IMG/VR virus record: IMGVR_UViG_3300020577_006051
Coordinates: 1-26,244 of that record
DNA length: 26,244 nucleotides
Source of the DNA: a virus
Lineage: Duplodnaviria > Heunggongvirae > Uroviricota > Caudoviricetes
Strand: one strand, 5' to 3'
This document shows, in pieces, positions 1-9,650 of this stretch. The notes beneath the pieces are model-generated. The model had not been told where the DNA came from, made no database searches, and worked only from the letters and a program-made list of their open reading frames with translations. The position numbers and the translations under genes are program-made. Every line of letters begins with the position of its first letter. Position 1 is the stretch's first letter.

Positions 1-1
1 T

Positions 2-3000
2 AGGGAAGATGTCGATTGCGGCTTGGTTAGTGATAAGTTCAGCAGTGCTCAATGAACCATTGACGTCGCTTACACTAAAGCCAGAAGTTCCAGCTATAGT
101 TGCACCGACGTTTCCATCAAATGCACGAGTAATTGTAACTACGTTACTTAAGCTAGATGCGATGAATTTTGTATCTGGGTTAACCTGCGCAACTACTGCA
201 GATGCAATAGTAGCGGCACTGTCACCAGGGTTTGCACTGAATACACGAATAGAACGATCAGCACCATGGAAAGGTTCAGGAGTTCCAACGTTGCCGATGT
301 CGAACCAAACAGCTACAGATCCTACGTCATCGTAGATGATAAAGTATTTGCCAGTTAAGCTAACATTGTTAGTGCCAGCTGTTGTGCTTACTGCAAAACC
401 AGACGTTCCAGCAGATCCAGCACTTAGGTTACCATTTTGATTGTTTGTTAATGTAATTTGATTACCGATTACACCAGTGGTGAAAGCAGCATCAAATTGG
501 ACGACTGCACCTGTTTTGGTAGCAACATCAACTGCACTGTCACCAGTTACAACAGAAGCAATTTTAATTGCACGATCAGCACCATGTGGGGGTGGAGCAG
601 AACCTGTATTGTTTACGTCATACCAGATCGCAACGGATCCAGCAGTATCATAAACGATAAAGTATGTTTGATGTAAAGAGCCACCAACATCAGCAACAGT
701 ATCTATTTCATATTCAGTAGGAGTTCCTAAAACATCTGCAATCGTGGTTACTGTTGTTACTTCTGGTGCACCAGGTGATGTAGCTGAAGCATCAGCATTA
801 AACACACGAACTGTGTTACCTGTCTTAGCTGCAACACGAAATTGTCCGCGGTTAAAAGAACTGATACCAGAACCATCATTGATAGAAAGAACGTCGCCAA
901 CTGTTACAGTAGCAAAGTTACCACCAGAGAATGTGTAGTCGTAGTAATTACCAGTCGATGGGGTGCCGTTAGGAAAGTTAGTGCTGTCGTCTGGATATGG
1001 GCCTGCAACTGCAATCGTGTCGCCGCTTGTAATGGCAATTGGACGAGCTGGACCAGAACCGAACACATATGAGTAAGTAGTGAACGAAGGTGTGTTCACA
1101 AAGAATGTTGTTGGATCTTGATCTGGAATAGATGGATGTGTAAAGTTGAAACGAAGCTTCTCACCGTTTGGACCGTATTGAGCCGAACGAATAAGAAGTT
1201 TGCCGTCGCTAGAACCAAGTCCGCCAGAAGCATACCAGTTACGAGCACGCATCCATACAGCATAGTCACTAAAATCTGTTTTGTTGATCGCTGTTCCCCA
1301 AACTGTTACGTTTGAGAAATCAATTCCTGGTTCGTTGTCGCTGTCGTCAGCAGAGAACTCAGTATTAGTTGGAATGAATGTTCCGCCGCCAGAACCAGAG
1401 TTGATGCGACCAGTACGAGACATAGGGATGTCGATCGTCTTAGTCACATTATCTTTATCCATAACAAACACGATGCTATCTTCAGAAGAAATCTGAGCAG
1501 GGCGAATTAGTTGATATTCGTCGTTCGTGATGTGGTGAAGAACCGTACGGTTGGTGCCTTGTTGAGTACCAACAGAGTCAGTTACGATTTTAGCTTTGAT
1601 TGTTCTGAATTGGTTGTCGTTGTTGCCACGAGTAAACGAGATGTAGTCGTCAAAGCCAACATTAGCTGCAGTTAAGTTACCAGTTGATTGAACAACTTCG
1701 CTGTATGTTCCAGAATATGGTGGCTGATCAGGAACTGCATCTGCAGAAAGTTTACCTTTCATGTCAGAATAAACATGACGATCTAACCAGATGTTTGCAC
1801 TTGTTGGAACAGTGCGCTTGAACAAACCAACAAGAGTCTTGTCAGAGGTTCTGTTTGCGATGTGAGGTGCGTTACCATTTTGTTGAACAGCTGTCTCAGT
1901 AAAAATGGTTGCTAAGTTACCATTCACAACTGGAAGAGCAATACTTCCATTAGTTTCTGTTGCAGATGTGATTTTGATGGAGTTAGATTTAAAGACCTGA
2001 GCCTTAACACCTAAGATCTCAGCGTTGACAGAATCAACGATTCCTGTGATTGGTTCAGCAGGAGGATTATTTGTGTAGGAGCCTCTCCAGATCTGTGGAT
2101 AACCATCTGTTGCAAATGCTTTAACGTCGGCAGTATCTAAGATCGTGATAGGGCCTTCAGGAACTACGTTAACGTTATACATGTCGATGTAGCTGTCAGA
2201 ACCAGCAGTTAGGTGATTACCTTTACTAAAGATCTTGAAGATACCAGTATTGTCGTTACTCAACCAAGCACTTGTTCTTTGTGAAATATATACATAGTCA
2301 CCAGGTAGCAAACCAGCAAATGTGTCTAGAGAACTAGAAGTAATGCGCATAACAGATGTTGCTGGAGAAGATACTGTAAGTGTTCCACCAATCAATAGTG
2401 GAAGACTACGTTGAACACAGCTCTTAGAATCGATCACAATGATCATCTCAGACGGACGACCAGCAGAGTCATTGCTTACATTGTAGTTGCCAGATGTTGT
2501 GGTTGAAGAAACCACAAATCCTTTAGCATCTTCAACACCAGCTGTAATACTGTCGCCGATAGCAATCTCAGTGAGAACACGTAAATGACCAGTTTGTCTA
2601 TTTAATTCGAATTGAGCGGTTTGACCAACAGAGATTAACTCTTGATCAGTAAACCATTTATTTAAGTATGAACCACCAACGATCTCTACTTTAGAGAGAG
2701 CACCACTCTTGTTGGAGCTGATGATCATTGTTTGGCTAGGTGTAGCCGTTGCAGTAAGACCAGCAAATTTAGCATTGAATGCTGCGATCCAATCGTCTAA
2801 TGTTAACGATGCAAAAGACGAAGCTCCTGCAAAGTCACTGATCTGGAATGTACGATCTTGGCTTGGTGTACCGTCAACTGCAATGATAATGTTACCTGGA
2901 GTTGTGATGTTCCAAGAAGCGTAAGAGATTGTTTCGATCTCAGCGCCTTTTTCTTTCTCGCGAAGACGAGTACTGTTTTGATATAGAGCAATATAGCTTG

Positions 3001-4414
3001 CTTCATTAGTTGGAAACTTTAAGATTGTGTTTAAATACAGTTGCGAATTGTCTGTTTCGCGCATCGAAGATACGCGAATAGTTTCAGCATCGTGAGCAAC
3101 AGGATAGATCAGGATATTCTTAGACGTGTTTGTGAAACGAGCTTTAAAGCTAACAGATTGAGCATTGATAGCGATGATGATCTCTGCAACCGTAGCAGCA
3201 GATGGGTTTAAGAAGTTGGCATTTGTGAAGAAGATAGTTTCCTCAGCGCCATCGACTTCAACACGCAAGAAAGATCCTTCTTTAACTAAGAAAGGCCCTT
3301 CTGCTACGTTCACTACTTGCGGACGTGGAAGTGGATAGTTTGCGAGTTGTAAGAATTCTTCTGTGCCGTTAGCATCCGACAACAGTTTGTCAACGGACTG
3401 ACCAGTATACGAAGGTTCAAATCCTGAACCATCGTCGATGTAAAGAATGGAAGGATCACCAACCTTAACTGGTTCAGTCAAGATTGCAGATGCAACTTGT
3501 TTGCTATCATCAGGGTCAGAAACGCCGATAACAGCCTCAACGATAGAAGGAGCTGTACCACGAGCTAGAGTGATCGCATACGATTTGATGCGGTTACGAA
3601 GCTCTGTATCTGTTTCGATATCTTGACCGTTAGAGAACGAAGATGTGTTAGTAACTGCGGCACCAACAAAGGGTGGACTATCAAATTGAGTGATTGTGTT
3701 AATTGGAGCATTACCAATTGAACCTGGAACTTGCGCAAGAACTTCAATACCATCAATGAAGTCTTCGCCAGAAGGAATTACAGCGTCACGTAACGTTGTG
3801 TAAATAATTTCAGGGTTTTGATTATTGGCAGGAATCTTAACGGTTGTTCCAGCTGCAATAACATAGTCAGGTTGTCCCTGTGAGTCAATAACTGCATCAG
3901 ATATTAAATGATCTTTTTGAAGAGCAGAAGCCAGTGTGATTGCCGAATATGTAGGAAACACAGTGATGGCTGTATAGCTAATTGGACCTTCAAATGATTC
4001 TGTTCCACGACCTATGTATAGATTTCCAGTTGGAGACCAACCATCAGTATTATTAACATACAAAGTAGTCTGTCCTGCGATTGGAGCAGGTTTAATAACA
4101 TAAAGACCAGTTGAACGTTTTGTGATAGATGTATTTTTAAAAGTTACAAGACCAGAAGCACGAATTGCTGGACGACGAGATAAACCATAGTCTCCTGCAC
4201 GAGCATCAAGATCATTGTTCTTAACTGCATCAATGTTAAGCAATTCAAGAACATTAAGGATAGCAACGTTATTCTCATAGTCATTAGATGCTGCAGCTTC
4301 AAGTAAGCTTAATAAGGTCGAACCTGCGTTAATGTCGTTAAGCGAGGTCTCAGCCTTAACTTTGCGGATCATATCGCCAAGTAGCTGGTTAAAACTTTTA
4401 ATTTCAATGGCCAT
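2..4414 (-). CDS. Giant baseplate J/gp6-like wedge protein with long repeat-containing extension (3'-partial, >=1471 aa)
   Basis: Not in the ORF track because no stop lies inside the window. ATG at 4414 (MAIEIKSFNQLLGDMIRKVKAETSLNDINAGSTLLSLLEAAA...), and the same frame is still open at base 2 (...ELITNQAAIDIFP). Carries the baseplate-J motif GQDIETDTELRNRIKSYAITLARGT (~3550-3630) and follows the gp25-like gene. Confidence 0.9.
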   Translation of the reverse strand, partial: MAIEIKSFNQLLGDMIRKVKAETSLNDINAGSTLLSLLEAAASNDYENNVAILNVLELLNIDAVKNNDLDARAGDYGLSRRPAIRASGLVTFKNTSITKRSTGLYVIKPAPIAGQTTLYVNNTDGWSPTGNLYIGRGTESFEGPISYTAITVFPTYSAITLASALQKDHLISDAVIDSQGQPDYVIAAGTTVKIPANNQNPEIIYTTLRDAVIPSGEDFIDGIEVLAQVPGSIGNAPINTITQFDSPPFVGAAVTNTSSFSNGQDIETDTELRNRIKSYAITLARGTAPSIVEAVIGVSDPDDSKQVASAILTEPVKVGDPSILYIDDGSGFEPSYTGQSVDKLLSDANGTEEFLQLANYPLPRPQVVNVAEGPFLVKEGSFLRVEVDGAEETIFFTNANFLNPSAATVAEIIIAINAQSVSFKARFTNTSKNILIYPVAHDAETIRVSSMRETDNSQLYLNTILKFPTNEASYIALYQNSTRLREKEKGAEIETISYASWNITTPGNIIIAVDGTPSQDRTFQISDFAGASSFASLTLDDWIAAFNAKFAGLTATATPSQTMIISSNKSGALSKVEIVGGSYLNKWFTDQELISVGQTAQFELNRQTGHLRVLTEIAIGDSITAGVEDAKGFVVSSTTTSGNYNVSNDSAGRPSEMIIVIDSKSCVQRSLPLLIGGTLTVSSPATSVMRITSSSLDTFAGLLPGDYVYISQRTSAWLSNDNTGIFKIFSKGNHLTAGSDSYIDMYNVNVVPEGPITILDTADVKAFATDGYPQIWRGSYTNNPPAEPITGIVDSVNAEILGVKAQVFKSNSIKITSATETNGSIALPVVNGNLATIFTETAVQQNGNAPHIANRTSDKTLVGLFKRTVPTSANIWLDRHVYSDMKGKLSADAVPDQPPYSGTYSEVVQSTGNLTAANVGFDDYISFTRGNNDNQFRTIKAKIVTDSVGTQQGTNRTVLHHITNDEYQLIRPAQISSEDSIVFVMDKDNVTKTIDIPMSRTGRINSGSGGGTFIPTNTEFSADDSDNEPGIDFSNVTVWGTAINKTDFSDYAVWMRARNWYASGGLGSSDGKLLIRSAQYGPNGEKLRFNFTHPSIPDQDPTTFFVNTPSFTTYSYVFGSGPARPIAITSGDTIAVAGPYPDDSTNFPNGTPSTGNYYDYTFSGGNFATVTVGDVLSINDGSGISSFNRGQFRVAAKTGNTVRVFNADASATSPGAPEVTTVTTIADVLGTPTEYEIDTVADVGGSLHQTYFIVYDTAGSVAIWYDVNNTGSAPPPHGADRAIKIASVVTGDSAVDVATKTGAVVQFDAAFTTGVIGNQITLTNNQNGNLSAGSAGTSGFAVSTTAGTNNVSLTGKYFIIYDDVGSVAVWFDIGNVGTPEPFHGADRSIRVFSANPGDSAATIASAVVAQVNPDTKFIASSLSNVVTITRAFDGNVGATIAGTSGFSVSDVNGSLSTAELITNQAAIDIFP
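44..679 (-). repeat. Two 106-aa (318-nt period) repeat domains inside the baseplate protein
   Basis: cgatcagcaccatg occurs at 255 and 573 (318 nt apart). Units SLHQTYFIVYDTAGSVAIWYD...HGADR...GDSA...AGTSGFAVS and SLTGKYFIIYDDVGSVAVWFD...HGADR...GDSA...AGTSGFSVS align without gaps at 47/106 identical residues (hand count). Confidence 0.92.
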
Positions 4415-4462
4415 GTGTTAAGTTCCCTTTGTTACTTATATTTTACTATAAGAATTGCAATT

Positions 4463-6061
4463 TTACACATTTATTGTGAAGCTTATAGGAATAACTTTGT
4501 CGCCACCACCGGCTAGTCTGACGGCCATGTTGATCATAATTATGTTAGCACCACCAGGCAAATCATTTCTATATCTTACGTCCAGGCTCTCGATGCGCTC
4601 GAAGCGTTCATCTGCTTCAATTTGGCTATTGAGAGAGTCTGTTATCTTCGTGATGATGTTATTTATGTCGTTGTTTTTGTTGCCTAATACGTTAACTAAT
4701 CCATATGTTGGGTGATAACGTAAAGAACCAAATTCTGTTGATAGCTTGAATTTGATGGCTTGAATTGCATTATCGAGACCGAAGCTAATTTTAAGATCGC
4801 CATTGGGTGCCAAGATAAGATCGCCACTATCATCTACAGCTAGATCAATCTTAGCTTGTTTCTCATCTTCTGCTGCATTAGCTAAGAACCAAGGAACTTC
4901 TTCCTTACGAGAGTTAGTAAGTGGATCATTTGTGGGAATAAGTACATAGAACGAACTATTTATCGTGTTTGGCTTGTAGACTCGAATACTAGCATTATCG
5001 GAAATCTGGAATTTTGACAGATCAGGATCACCGTCAACTTCGATTATGATTTCATCAGAAACTGGAATCTGTCTGATGTTGATAATCTTGCGTTGACTAG
5101 GAATAACTTCTGTGTCAGACTTTAAGAAGATGATCTGATTGATGTAAACTTTATCAATATTTAAGTTACCGTTTACATCTGTTCCATTTAAATTAATTAG
5201 TGTTCCGCTAGCATTTGACTTCAGTGGGATCTGTTCTCCAACCTCATCGATGTAAGGTGGCTTCAAGCCGTTAGCAATGGCAATATCAATCCAGCGATTG
5301 GCGTCACCAAGATACTTAACTGCCAATTTTTCAAGATCTTCGCCATAGTTCATTTTAACCAATCGACCAGAACTGTACTGACCAATATTTACGTCAGGAT
5401 TATTTGCGTTGGCACGAGCTAAAGCAAATGGGTCAATAGCTACATCAGTTGCGAAGTAGTTGGCCAAAATAAAATCACATGTCCTGATACCTTGTTGCAG
5501 GGTCAGGATATAGTTTGTATCGACGATCGTAGCGTTAACTTGGGCAGGTATAGATGAACGATTAAAGGTTTGATTATAATCGGTATCCTGCAGTGCAATC
5601 GTGTCCGTATAACGATCCCTATAATCTCTGATCGTGTTCTTAATTCTAATGAAGTCGTTCTTAGAGAAGAGGTTAACGCGTGTAATTGCATTGCCGACAA
5701 TCTTCTCTTCTTCGTTGTTTAATCGAATGCTTGCGATCTCGATTACGTCAAAAACAGAATAGAAGCGATTGACAACAAAACTGTCACTCAAAGGGTTTAC
5801 TTTACTGCCTGAGTTTCTTTGAGACTCAATAAAGGAAGTGAAATCGTTGATCTGTTCGTTTAAAAAATCTGGATTTTGATAACTTGGTACTTTAGCTAAT
5901 ATATCTGGCTTAATGTATTCCCAGCTTAACTTGAAGTAGTTCCAACGAAGTGGAAGAATAGACGGTACATCAGAAAGCAGCAACGTATCACCACTCTGAA
6001 CTTTTAACCATAAGTTAAGATCAGATAATGCTTTGTAGGAGTCTGCTAAAGTAGACGTCAT
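4463..6061 (-). CDS. Baseplate wedge protein: helical N-terminus + LysM (P2 gpX/T4 gp53-like) + C-terminal gp25/gpW-like domain
   Basis: LysM-like segment RLVKMNYGEDLEKLAVKYLGDANRWIDIAIANGLKPPY; gp25-like end DNAIQAIKFKLSTEFGSLRYHPTYG...QIEADERFERIESLDVRY; lies directly before baseplate J. Confidence 0.8.
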   Translation of the reverse strand: MTSTLADSYKALSDLNLWLKVQSGDTLLLSDVPSILPLRWNYFKLSWEYIKPDILAKVPSYQNPDFLNEQINDFTSFIESQRNSGSKVNPLSDSFVVNRFYSVFDVIEIASIRLNNEEEKIVGNAITRVNLFSKNDFIRIKNTIRDYRDRYTDTIALQDTDYNQTFNRSSIPAQVNATIVDTNYILTLQQGIRTCDFILANYFATDVAIDPFALARANANNPDVNIGQYSSGRLVKMNYGEDLEKLAVKYLGDANRWIDIAIANGLKPPYIDEVGEQIPLKSNASGTLINLNGTDVNGNLNIDKVYINQIIFLKSDTEVIPSQRKIINIRQIPVSDEIIIEVDGDPDLSKFQISDNASIRVYKPNTINSSFYVLIPTNDPLTNSRKEEVPWFLANAAEDEKQAKIDLAVDDSGDLILAPNGDLKISFGLDNAIQAIKFKLSTEFGSLRYHPTYGLVNVLGNKNNDINNIITKITDSLNSQIEADERFERIESLDVRYRNDLPGGANIIMINMAVRLAGGGDKVIPISFTINV

Positions 6062-6062
6062 A

Positions 6063-7025
6063 TTACCTTCCTAGTACGTTTATTCCGCCGGTTGCAGCAG
6101 CAATAACACTCTTAGCACGATTTGTTTCTTTTTTAATATTACCTAAAATAGACGAACCATCTACACCATTTAGACCAAGATCTGCTAAACGTTTCTTTTG
6201 ATCATCTGCAATATCATTTTTTAAACCAGTTAAAGCGTATCCACGCATGCTGATTGAATAGTAATAAAGCATCGGATTGTCAGCAGAACGTTTCATATTG
6301 AAATTACGAATCACAACGTTGTACTGGTTACCATCTTTATAATTAAAGAATATAAGAGGATGCTTGGTGCGTTCTTTCTTGTCTTTGTTATTAGCTACAT
6401 CATTCTTATATTTCAATAGAGTTTTATATAAAGTATGAAAAGCTGCATAACCAGAATTTTTATTTTCAAAACCAGGAGTTTCCTTTATTGAACCGTTAAC
6501 TAGTTCATTAACAGAATTTTTTAGTTGATTAAGTGCACCTAAAGTCTTAGAAAAGAATCCGCCAGCACTGATTGTACTTTGTAGAGTAACAGAACTTCTT
6601 CCAGAGTTTTTACCTTCTAATGCTTTTTTGGCTTCTGTTAGTTGCTGTTCTGCATCATTAGCGCCAGTCGTTACAAACGCTTCTCCATATTGAGAGGCTA
6701 TACCTGTATTACCTTCAATGTTGATATCAAAGTAACGAACATCGGAGTGTTGCTCAACTGTACCATAGAGAGTAGGAATTATATTCGTTGCAAAATGAGT
6801 AGTAATATTAAGATTACTTGGTGAGATAGGTAAAAATATACTAAATGTTGTGCCGTTTGCCATATTAATACGAAAACCGTATGGTTTTGCAGTAAACCAA
6901 TTACCAGCAAAAGTGTCATAAAAGGTAGCATCGTCTTTCTTTTTTTCAATGGCTGTAGGACTAGTTTTACTTGCAAATAAATCTGTTATACTACTGCTTA
7001 AACCTAAATCCGGTGGAAACCCCAT
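6063..7025 (-). CDS. Putative tail-tube initiator / baseplate-tube junction protein (P2 gpU, T4 gp48/gp54-like)
   Basis: FSIFLPISPSNLNITTHFATNIIPTLYGTVEQH...FDINIEGNTG and NQYNVVIRNFNMKRSADNPMLYYYSISMRG resemble tube-fold initiator patterns; lies between spike and wedge; TAA-t-ATG junctions on both sides. Confidence 0.6.
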   Translation of the reverse strand: MGFPPDLGLSSSITDLFASKTSPTAIEKKKDDATFYDTFAGNWFTAKPYGFRINMANGTTFSIFLPISPSNLNITTHFATNIIPTLYGTVEQHSDVRYFDINIEGNTGIASQYGEAFVTTGANDAEQQLTEAKKALEGKNSGRSSVTLQSTISAGGFFSKTLGALNQLKNSVNELVNGSIKETPGFENKNSGYAAFHTLYKTLLKYKNDVANNKDKKERTKHPLIFFNYKDGNQYNVVIRNFNMKRSADNPMLYYYSISMRGYALTGLKNDIADDQKKRLADLGLNGVDGSSILGNIKKETNRAKSVIAAATGGINVLGR

Positions 7026-7026
7026 A

Positions 7027-8025
7027 TTATAAATCTCCCTTAATAGATTCTAACTTAGATTTGATTGACATTACCTGCCCCCACTGTGGAGTGGCTGACA
7101 AAGGTGCACAATTACCGACTGGTGAAATAGTTGTAATCATACCTAATGCATCAATCAGTTTACCAAGTTGATCTAGAAGTTCTGTACCGTCAGTGCCAAT
7201 GGCAACTTTCTTGGCTTTCATCTTGGCATTGCCAGTTGCTTCTATTGAAAATTCTTTAGTTTTTATTTTGATTTCAGTCTTAGAGTCGATGTCGATCTTT
7301 TCACATTTAAGAGAATAACTTTTTTTGTTTTTGTCCATTATTAAACTGATTTCACCAATTTTGATAGTAAAAATACCAGCTTTTTTGTCTAATTTAATTG
7401 ACTGAGGATCAGAACTTGCTTTATCATTTAGTTCCCAGCTACCGGTCTTATCAAACTTAACAAATGTACCGCCAACCTCTTCGTCGTACTCAGGGGCAAC
7501 GATGGATGATGTAGCTTGCCTCTTAAGCTCTGCAATATTGGTTGGTATACCTTTAAAGGTTAAGGTATATTCACCATCTTTATTAATTGCTGTTTCAACA
7601 CCATTGAAACAGCTTTTATAAGCAATTCCATCTTCTTTTTTAAGTGTATTTTTTCTAGCTGGATGTTTAGCAAAAGCAACAATAATACCAGACATATATC
7701 TGCCATTTTGCAACATAACATAAACTCGATCACCATATCTTGTGTCTTGCGCTGCTGGTGTATCTTTGTTTGGAGAGTATGTATCTAATGAATATTCTTC
7801 ATAATTTGTAATGCCACCAAATTTTACAGCTAATTTACACCAAACTAAGGATACATCTGTGTCGTTAAAGACTTCTACTAAATATCTATTTTCATTAAAT
7901 TGTTTATTAAATTCACTGCGAATCACTGTGCCAATTCTTATAAATGGATCTTTTTTAGATACGCTACTAAATGAGCTTTCATTAAGCCAAATTGAGCTGT
8001 CTTTTATTACATCAAATTCATTCAT
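7027..8025 (-). CDS. Baseplate central spike (gp5/gpV/VgrG-C-like)
   Basis: N-terminal OB-fold pattern (IRIGTV...RYLVEV...GDRVYVMLQNGRYMSGIIVAF), then short beta-strand repeats (QSIKLDKKAGIFTIKI...IDIDSKTEIKIKTKEFSIEATG); follows the hub with an ATGA overlap. Confidence 0.8.
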   Translation of the reverse strand: MNEFDVIKDSSIWLNESSFSSVSKKDPFIRIGTVIRSEFNKQFNENRYLVEVFNDTDVSLVWCKLAVKFGGITNYEEYSLDTYSPNKDTPAAQDTRYGDRVYVMLQNGRYMSGIIVAFAKHPARKNTLKKEDGIAYKSCFNGVETAINKDGEYTLTFKGIPTNIAELKRQATSSIVAPEYDEEVGGTFVKFDKTGSWELNDKASSDPQSIKLDKKAGIFTIKIGEISLIMDKNKKSYSLKCEKIDIDSKTEIKIKTKEFSIEATGNAKMKAKKVAIGTDGTELLDQLGKLIDALGMITTISPVGNCAPLSATPQWGQVMSIKSKLESIKGDL

Positions 8026-9650
8026 GTTATTTTACTCTTTATAAAAACGACATCACTGTGTGGACTATTTGGATTATTTGCTTGTTGATCGATTGCACCA
8101 TTGTCAGAATTTTCTGTAATTAAGTTGCCATTCTTGTCAGTAAATATTCCTCTAACAAAGTTAATTGTCGTAGTATAAGCCTTAGCTCCTTCATTATTTA
8201 TGCTCATATTATGACTTACATTTTCGATATGGCACAAACAATAACCCTGCAACTCTTCTAAAAAAACAGAAGAATCAATCTCCAAGTTTGTTCCTACAGG
8301 TATATAAGAATCAACACCAACCAATGTAATTGTTCCATTAAGCATTTTATGTGTGTCAAAATACCAAGAGCGCATAAGGGCTGTCCACCCTTTAAAGTCA
8401 ACCCAAGTTGAATTATTTTTTTGCGATGCTGAAAAAACACTTGCCGGATAAGCATCTGTATTAACTATTAATGGTCTAAAACCTTCTCTTTTAAAAGAAG
8501 CAATATCAAACGTCGACAATGTGTCCTTAATTATTGTCTCTATATTTGGATCTTCAATAAAATTTGGTTTTATTTCTATATAGTTATATTTATCTAACCA
8601 ATTTGTTCCGGCGTTTATGTTTATTATGTTTCTTTTTTCTATATATGTTTTTGGTAAAAAAGTAAAAGGCGATACTAATTTTTCAAAACCACTAATATTT
8701 TTACTTTCTTCATAAGCAGATGATTTTGGCACTGCAAATGGTTTAATTCTATTGAATAGTGTAAACTTCATTCTGTCGTTGTAAAAAGTGAGTTCATTAA
8801 AACATTCATTCAATATTGGATTAGAAACACTAACTATTGCTTGTAAGAATGTATTAGTCCCTTGCAGCGTAAAAGGATTTATCAGTGTGTAGGATTCGTT
8901 AATTTCTTTGTATGCTTCTTTAAGCGATAGTTTTCCGGTTTTTAAATCGATAGAATTATTTAAAGATGTTGTCGACAGATCTAGAAAACTTCTCATTTCA
9001 GGTGGGATATCTATTTCGTACGTTGCTTTTGCTAAAACGTTGATATCGTTTTGTATATTTTCATAATTAATAGATCTACCCATAATTTTTAAGTATTTTG
9101 CTATATTACTAGCAGTTGTAGATAGTGTGCTTCCACCGTGATTATCAAATAGAGTTTGAAAAATAGCTTCTGCTGCGTCATTTTTTAAATCTTTTCTATC
9201 TCGTTGTCCAGCTAAATTTGTATTTACAAATAGTATGTTATTAAAAATGTGTCCCCAATCTACTCCAGAAACCAAATAATTAACATTTTTTTCACCGGTG
9301 TCAGAAATAGAAGAACTAACTCTAACAGAATTTATTTTTCCTATCATTTTTAATGTTCTTGAATTTGCGGTTTGTATTTCTTTTTGCGATATTGGGTCAT
9401 TGGATATCAATATCGCACACCAGCTCCCCGCAATAAGATCTTTAATCCAGTCTCTATTTGGAGCTAAAACAAATTGAAATTGCCCCTCTGGATCAGATTT
9501 TGATTTTTGAGTCTGTATGGATATAATTTCATCTTTTAAAACTAAGGCGCGTGATGTGCCTTCTACATATTTATTATTGGCTGCGCCTAACCTATCTACG
9601 TAGTTCCAAACAATTATGGCGCTATGTGGTGTTTTAATTTGAAAACTCAA
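8022..9650 (-). CDS. Baseplate hub protein (gp27/gpD-like)
   Basis: Directly after the tape measure; IISIQTQKSKSDPEGQFQFVL N-terminus and LNGTITLVG...IPVGTNL...CHIENVSHNMS...YTTTINFVRG C-terminus are typical of hubs. TTG start overlapping the TMP stop (TTGA). Confidence 0.75.
   Translation of the reverse strand: MSFQIKTPHSAIIVWNYVDRLGAANNKYVEGTSRALVLKDEIISIQTQKSKSDPEGQFQFVLAPNRDWIKDLIAGSWCAILISNDPISQKEIQTANSRTLKMIGKINSVRVSSSISDTGEKNVNYLVSGVDWGHIFNNILFVNTNLAGQRDRKDLKNDAAEAIFQTLFDNHGGSTLSTTASNIAKYLKIMGRSINYENIQNDINVLAKATYEIDIPPEMRSFLDLSTTSLNNSIDLKTGKLSLKEAYKEINESYTLINPFTLQGTNTFLQAIVSVSNPILNECFNELTFYNDRMKFTLFNRIKPFAVPKSSAYEESKNISGFEKLVSPFTFLPKTYIEKRNIININAGTNWLDKYNYIEIKPNFIEDPNIETIIKDTLSTFDIASFKREGFRPLIVNTDAYPASVFSASQKNNSTWVDFKGWTALMRSWYFDTHKMLNGTITLVGVDSYIPVGTNLEIDSSVFLEELQGYCLCHIENVSHNMSINNEGAKAYTTTINFVRGIFTDKNGNLITENSDNGAIDQQANNPNSPHSDVVFIKSKIT

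Noticed and set aside
9-3756. Short ORFs in the track over 1-3.8 kb (e.g. 9-335, 458-676, 842-1072, 2709-2924, 2803-3006, 3565-3756)
   Set aside because: Antisense or alternate-frame shadows of the giant baseplate gene, without SD sites or protein-like motifs.
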